This document shows positions 58,325 to 64,000 of a stretch of DNA of 64,000 nt, in pieces. Location: the NCBI GenBank assembly GCA_951406725.2, contig OX597834.1, positions 7,750,001 through 7,814,000 on the forward strand, written 5' to 3'. Source of the stretch: Octopus vulgaris (taxonomy: Eukaryota). The number at the start of each line of letters is the position of its first letter. Within the stretch, counting starts at the first letter, position 1. Under the pieces are notes generated by a model that saw only the letters and a program-made list of their open reading frames with translations, was not told the DNA's origin and searched no databases. The position numbers and the translations under genes were made by a program.

Positions 58325-58330
<6 letters not shown>
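57615..58330 (+). mobile_element. Retrozyme/PLE-like partial tandem: ~499-bp unit x1.4 with HHR, embedded in (TA)n
   Basis: 57615-57831 is repeated almost exactly at 58114-58330; HHR in the spacer; (TA)n on both sides. Confidence 0.75.
58007..58081 (+). ncRNA. Type I hammerhead ribozyme motif with long stem II
   Basis: ctctg CTGAAGA ttta..tatgta agtaaaac tacata..taat GAAAC aattt GTT caggg; GUU triplet. Confidence 0.65.
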
Positions 58331-58394
<64 letters not shown>

Positions 58395-59105
58395 TGCATT
58401 TTCAGTCTCATTCGTTTTCAATTTCTTGTATATTGCTTTATCTTTGTAATCCTCCATCCTACACAAGCCTGAACTTACTTGTAGTAATAGCGGTTCTCTC
58501 GTATGTTTTATATACCATGATATCTCGTTTTCTTCTGATCCAGTGCAGTGTTCGCATTCAGTAAGTCCTCTTTCCCCACTTTTCTTTGGTTCATATAGTC
58601 TGTCTGTGTCACTTTTTGGGCGGAGTATCTCATATCTATTTAGCAACATCCTTGTCTTTCTGTCTAAGCTGTTTAGTTCGTCTTCTGATCACACAAGTAC
58701 CCCTGCTCCATATCCAAGGAGTGAAACCGCCCAGGTGTTGATAGTTTCAATCTGATTCCGGCCAATTACTTTCGACTTAAGTGTCAGTCTCAGTCTGCGC
58801 AAGTACTCCATCTTAAAATTTTCTGTTATTTCTTTCTCCATCAATTTATCCATTTCCAAAACCCCCAATCACATATGACCCGTCTCTTCTATCTTCCTCA
58901 TGATCTTTCCCGACAGTATCGATAGCCCGTCCACACATTTAATTTTGCCTCCTTCCAAGACTAACTCACCACAGTTTCTCAGTCCAAACTACATTCCGAT
59001 ATCAGTACTGAAAGTATACACTGTATCAACGAGGGAACTGACTTACGCTTCATCTTTACCATAAAGTTTGAGATCATCCTTGAATTTAAAAAATGGTTGA
59101 TTTTT
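58395..59105 (-). mobile_element. R4/Dong-clade LINE RT fragment, decayed
   Basis: FKDDLKLYGK..SLVDTVYTFSTDIGM*FGLRNCG ... LDRKTRMLL...RPKSDTDRLYEPKKSGERGL; homologous to 42605-43207; 5' side lies near the (TAA)n-type tract at 59148. Confidence 0.85.
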
Positions 59106-59147
59106 GTTGGCGGTTCTTGAAAACATACTTAGCTTTTGCCTTCCCCT

Positions 59148-59150
59148 ATT

Positions 59151-59191
<41 letters not shown>

Positions 59192-59359
59192 TATTATTGT
59201 TGTTGTTATTATTATTATTATTATTATTGTTATTATTATTATTATTATCATTATTATTATTATTATTATTATTTTTACTATTATTATTATTATTATTATC
59301 ATTATTATTGTTGTTGTTGTTGTTATTATTATTATTATTTTTTTTTATTACTATTATTA

Positions 59360-59394
<35 letters not shown>

Positions 59395-59429
59395 GTTGTT
59401 GTGGTTGTTGTTATTATTATTATTATTAG

Positions 59430-59498
<69 letters not shown>

Positions 59499-59508
59499 TA
59501 CTACTACT
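59148..59508. repeat. (ATC)n/(ATT)n microsatellite
   Basis: Direct reading. Confidence 0.95.
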
Positions 59509-59829
59509 AAAGAGATCGGACTAAGTAATTATTTAGATTATCATAAATTTGATATAACTCCAACACCAAAAGCTAAATCCTGTTAGTCGCCATCGTTTTG
59601 TGGTTTTTGAATTCTCCTCGGCATTCCACAGCAGTTACATTGTGGGCGGTGTTGGGCAACTCGTTAAGTTGTGACTAGTAATATGATCAATCTATCGGGA
59701 AGAGAAGATTTAGAAATTGAAACTTAGATGTAAGAGTAACATTTGACGTTGCCTTATTAAAACGATTACAAGAGGGGGGATCACACGAACAATTGGCGGC
59801 TTTGTAGATGATGCAGAAGTTGACGATAT

Positions 59830-60260
59830 CAGACTATCAAGAACAGGATTTGCTTCAACGTGATAATTTTCATAATCAGGAATTGAAGAAATTGTGCTTT
59901 TTTATAAATGTTGCTAATTGTGCTTTCTCTGGGGCCAAGACTAAGATAATGAAGAGCAGTTATGCCGAAGGGAGGATATTTAGAATCTATTTGTTCAATT
60001 GTCTCTAACTGAACCTCTTTCAAATACACGTTTAATCCCAGCAGTGCTTCTGCCAGCATTAATCAGATAACATGCATCTGCAGGAAATTTTATTATTTTG
60101 CTCTTGAATAGACTATTTGTGCTTCCACACGAGAAGGGTTTACAGTGACATTTTATTGTCTTCAGAGGAATTATCTATTTTCAGATAACATGCGTGTACC
60201 AGTGTCACAAAATGGTTGAATATCACTTTTAGCAAATGCCTTTCATATTGTAGTAATTTA
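59830..60260 (-). mobile_element. Possible ancient RTE-type LINE remnant
   Basis: Weak pattern match only (LETIEQ...LHYL...TISN..KKAQ...IITLKQI resembles the RTE thumb region). Confidence 0.25.
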
Positions 60261-60481
60261 ATGCAGTCGTGATTGTTTGCAGAATCTTTTCCGTGACACA
60301 AATAGATTTTGAACCGTAGCTAAGATTTGCGGTCTTCTTGCAGTTATTCAGTTTGACAATTTTAATCAAATCAAATATGTATCAATAACACAAGAACAGC
60401 AATTGAAAACTTACGGCCCAAATATATATTTCCTCATTTTTAAAGCTTTTGCTTGAATGTAATGAACCTTGGATCTATATG

Positions 60482-60516
<35 letters not shown>

Positions 60517-60659
60517 CTTATAAATAAGGGCAAACGAAAAAATTTCTAATGCCAAATATGCCGAAATTGAACATATTGTCCATAACCATATAATTTTTCA
60601 CAATGCGCACGCTACTCGAAAAGAAAGCCGACAGACATTTCTAAAAAAATTCCATTATT

Positions 60660-60714
60660 ACCATATCGGACCGATTTTAGGGTTAGTTCATAAGAACCCT
60701 CCCTTCGTCAGTGA
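60660..60714 (-). ncRNA. Degenerate HHR inside a (TA)n-flanked insert (60515-60840)
   Basis: Minus strand: tca CTGACGA aggg..gttc ttat gaac..ccct AAAA tcgg t ccga TA tgg; GAAA mutated to AAAA. Confidence 0.55.
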
Positions 60715-60846
60715 AAAATGTGGCAAAGAAATAAATGAGATACTTACTCATACCCATGGAAGCAAAACACTAAGTCATGAGAACAATTAGGTACCCCAAA
60801 TACATCCAAAATAGAAATACTCCAGCCCATTCAAGACACGTATATA

Positions 60847-60900
<54 letters not shown>

Positions 60901-60901
<1 letters not shown>

Positions 60902-61622
60902 CGGCGTACGTATACTTTGGTTCCTTATATTTAAGTGTATATTTATCTAACACTTCTAGAACTCTATTCATTTATTTCTTTTTTCCCTTCCTTCTATCAG
61001 CCCTTTCACGCTTACTTCGTTCATTCCACTCTTCGTTCTTTCGTTCTCCCTCTCCCACATTTCATTGACTTCTCTTCATGCTCACTTTTCCTCCTCACTT
61101 CACTGTGTCCCTGTCATTTTTTCTCGCCCCTCCTTATTTCTTCTGTCCCTCTGCCTCTACCTCTCTCTCTTCTCACCGTACGTGATCGGTGTTCGGCCAA
61201 CACTGACCTTTCTTTCTGGGTTTCGACGCTGGTCATGCAACATCTGTATTCTTCCCTGTACCTGTGAAATCTGTATCCCTGCCGTAAGGCTTTACTTCCG
61301 CACATGCCAGCTTAATTTAATTCTTCCTTAGTCGAAAGGCACCTCTTGTTATGTCATGTTATTTGTATTTGTGTAATATTCTCCGTTTTTCTCCGTCCTT
61401 GTTTTCGTATACATTCGCTCCTTTCTTCCAAGGAATCTAATGCTCCTAGTTTAGTTTTTCCTTGGGGCTGGCCAGATTGGGGCAATCTCGAGTATAACCA
61501 GCCGAAATTGCAAAGATGATCTGAAACTCGACTGAGGAAAGACAACTCCGCATGCCCCGACCTTGTTTTCTTTGTATCCTCTATCTGGATGTTTTCGTTC
61601 TTGTCCCATTTTGTATTTTTTT
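60901..61622 (+). mobile_element. Family E (TA)n-associated repeat, longer copy
   Basis: Last ~270 bp homologous to 28865-29150; (TA)n flanks. Confidence 0.65.
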
Positions 61623-61689
61623 ATATATGCATATACATACACGTACACACATATACACACGCACGCACAAACATATATAAGTATATATA

Positions 61690-62220
61690 TATAATATTAA
61701 TTAGAGACAAAACCACTATTTTGCAAAACAAACAAGGAAAGACTTAATCAATACATAAAATTTTAATAAAAAGTAAAAAAAACCGCCACTACAATTGTTT
61801 CATGTCTTGATCGACAATCTTCAGGTGGATTTCCGATCTGCTGTATCTTTGGAGACAATTAAATAATGCTGTCCAGGATTTAAACCAGAGTCTCCAGTTA
61901 ACACTTTCATATCTTCCTTTAATACATCACTCTGATTGTTACCATCATGTAAAGTGGTGTCAGATTTGCCACCATCACCATTTTCAATGGACTGGTCAAA
62001 TGCAGAAATTGGTAGTGAGTTCTGTATTTGTGAAAACTGCTGAAGCCAAACAGCATCAAAATCACAGTCAGTATCAGATGACATAATGAATGAGCATTCT
62101 TTGCATCACTGCAAGATGACTTGTGATGTTATTCTCGTGCGTGTGATTCGTGAAGAACCAGGATGAGTAGAGACCAGGATGGAAAAGAAGCCTGCTACAG
62201 GGCAAATTCGTAGAGAACAT
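61690..62220 (-). mobile_element. (TA)n-flanked HHR element carrying an unrecognised 87-aa ORF
   Basis: ORF 62084-61821 stops in the HHR core; terminus attagagacaaaaccactatt is shared with about 16423-16445. Confidence 0.6.
61786..61828 (-). ncRNA. Minimal type I hammerhead ribozyme with intact core
   Basis: Minus strand: ccac CTGAAGA t tgtc gatcaa gaca t GAAAC aatt GTA gtgg; palindromic stem III. Confidence 0.8.
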
Positions 62221-62346
62221 GTATATATATATATATACTTGGCAATAAATATTTAGGAGCAATTTTAGTTTATCTTTTAACATAGCATACTGCTGTCTAT
62301 ATTAATTTTCTATGCGTGCTTGTGTGTGTGTGTGTTTGTGTGTATT

Positions 62347-62377
<31 letters not shown>

Positions 62378-62673
62378 GGTGCGTATCTGTGCGTTTGTGT
62401 ATATGAATCCATATATCTGTGTATTTGTGTGCTTCCGCGTGCAGTTGTTTGTGCGTGTACATATTGGCCGCTGATGTTATTGTCAAATGTAGCTTTAATG
62501 AGCGCAATACGGGGATAGTTGCATCTATAGACATTATTGTCTTCTGAATCAGAAAAAAATTATTAAAAGGTTCAAACTTAACCCCGTATTTGTGACTTTG
62601 AGCTTATAAACTACTTGGACATCATATCTTAGAACGAATTATGCGTTATCAAGTGTTACATTTTATAAAACAA

Positions 62674-63058
62674 CTAGCAGTATCGCCCGGCGTTGCTCGG
62701 GTTTGTAAGGGAAATAACTATATAAGCATTTTTAGAGATGTAAAGTATAATAGCCATCTCAATATGGCTAACCACATTACTGTAGCTTTTTACGTTCTGA
62801 GATTTAATAATAAATTTTTAGAGATTTACTTCCCTTGTATATGCAAAAAATGCATTAAAAATGGGAAAAATTGATTGTAATTCTTTTTAAAACTCGTAGA
62901 CTCATCGTAGACGCTCGCTAATACCCAGAAGGGCTCGATATGAATCACGACTATAAGATACCCGATTTTGGTTAAACTGCACCGCAAAATGTGGGAGTAG
63001 TTAGGAATCTAAATCGTAGGAGACAGACAGCACACAACCTTACTTTTATATATAAGGA
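62674..63058 (-). mobile_element. Non-autonomous Helitron
   Basis: Minus strand: A|TCcttatatataaaag ... hairpin cccgagcaacgccggg ... gatactgCTAG|T; canonical TC and CTAG ends, A-T target, no TSD. Confidence 0.85.
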
Positions 63059-64000
63059 TTACCAAAAATAACATTACATTTTAGAAGCTGTTAGATATCT
63101 GTTTTTCCCTGTATCCATTTAAGGCAACGTTTCCAAATATCTAAAATCTGTATGCTGCATCCATCATATACACTGCAGGCAATGCCTCTTGCGTGTCATC
63201 CTTTGATAATCTGACTCATTTGCTTACGCTGTACCGGCGTCTATGATTCATCAACGAATATAAAATCTTATTATACTACATTCATGGAAAGCTTCACATG
63301 AAAACTAAACGTTGAAAAATTTTGTTGAACATGTCTGCTCTATTATTTCAATGCATGTGTGATAAATATAATATGCATCTTAGTTATTGCTACTTAATTT
63401 GTTGTGTGATAATTTTATATATTTCATAGGCCACCACTAACAGTTTTCTCATACATTCATTAAAATACCGATATTATAAATTCTAAAATGACATAATAAT
63501 AAATTGAAAACAAAGGAAATTTAATAAACTGTAATATATTAAACATTCTTGGAGGGCGCTCGAATTCTAAGTAATTCTAAAGTAGAGTTTCAAGGTGTAA
63601 TACGTTAATAGAGTAACGTTGGAAATTTTCATTTATTTTTGGCAATTTCTTTAGGTTTTTATTTAAAACGAGTAAGATTATGATTCTCTACACAAATTGT
63701 TACTCCTTCACCATTTGAACACTAAACCTGAACCTTAAACACTAGTCCTAAACCGAAGCTCTAAGTCTCACTCTAAACTGTGGCCTTATACCTTAACCCT
63801 AAACATGCCATTAAAACCATAAACCGTAAGCAGCCATCCTTAAGTTACAATTCACTGCATACTCTAAGACACAAAAGAGTGACTGGAGGAAAAAAAGGAA
63901 AAACTTGTATGCATAATTATGATCTCTGCTGTTTAAAACATATAATTCTAAAATAATTTTAATGAGAAAAGTTAAAAAGGGAAAAGTTACGCCCGGTTGT

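Noticed and set aside
63720-63812. Degenerate (CCCTAA)-like run
   Set aside because: Too short and degenerate to be a telomere or interstitial telomeric array

Overview
AT-rich, microsatellite-saturated animal DNA, most likely octopus or another cephalopod (inferred from the tRNA-derived SINEs, which match my recollection of octopus SINEs; not database-checked). I find no convincing host exon, and nearly all listed ORFs are simple-repeat artefacts. The window is intronic or intergenic and is built from three abundant tRNA-SINE families, LINE 3' fragments (two CR1-group, one RTE, three R4/Dong beside (TAA)n), a mariner remnant, two Merlin-like MITEs with 8-bp TSDs and a non-autonomous Helitron. 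The most interesting layer is absent from the ORF track: many short inserts embedded in (TA)n tracts carry type I hammerhead ribozyme (HHR) motifs. Two of them (690-1798 and 6767-8282) end in a Penelope-like GIY-YIG endonuclease C-terminus and carry inverted pseudo-LTR copies. One (57615-58330) is a 1.4-mer of a ~499-bp HHR unit, like a retrozyme. One (61690-62220) has an unrecognised ORF whose stop codon lies inside the HHR core. A SINE and a LINE also share a 3' tail with a covarying hairpin. The Penelope-HHR link is known in general; whether these particular families have been described needs a database check.
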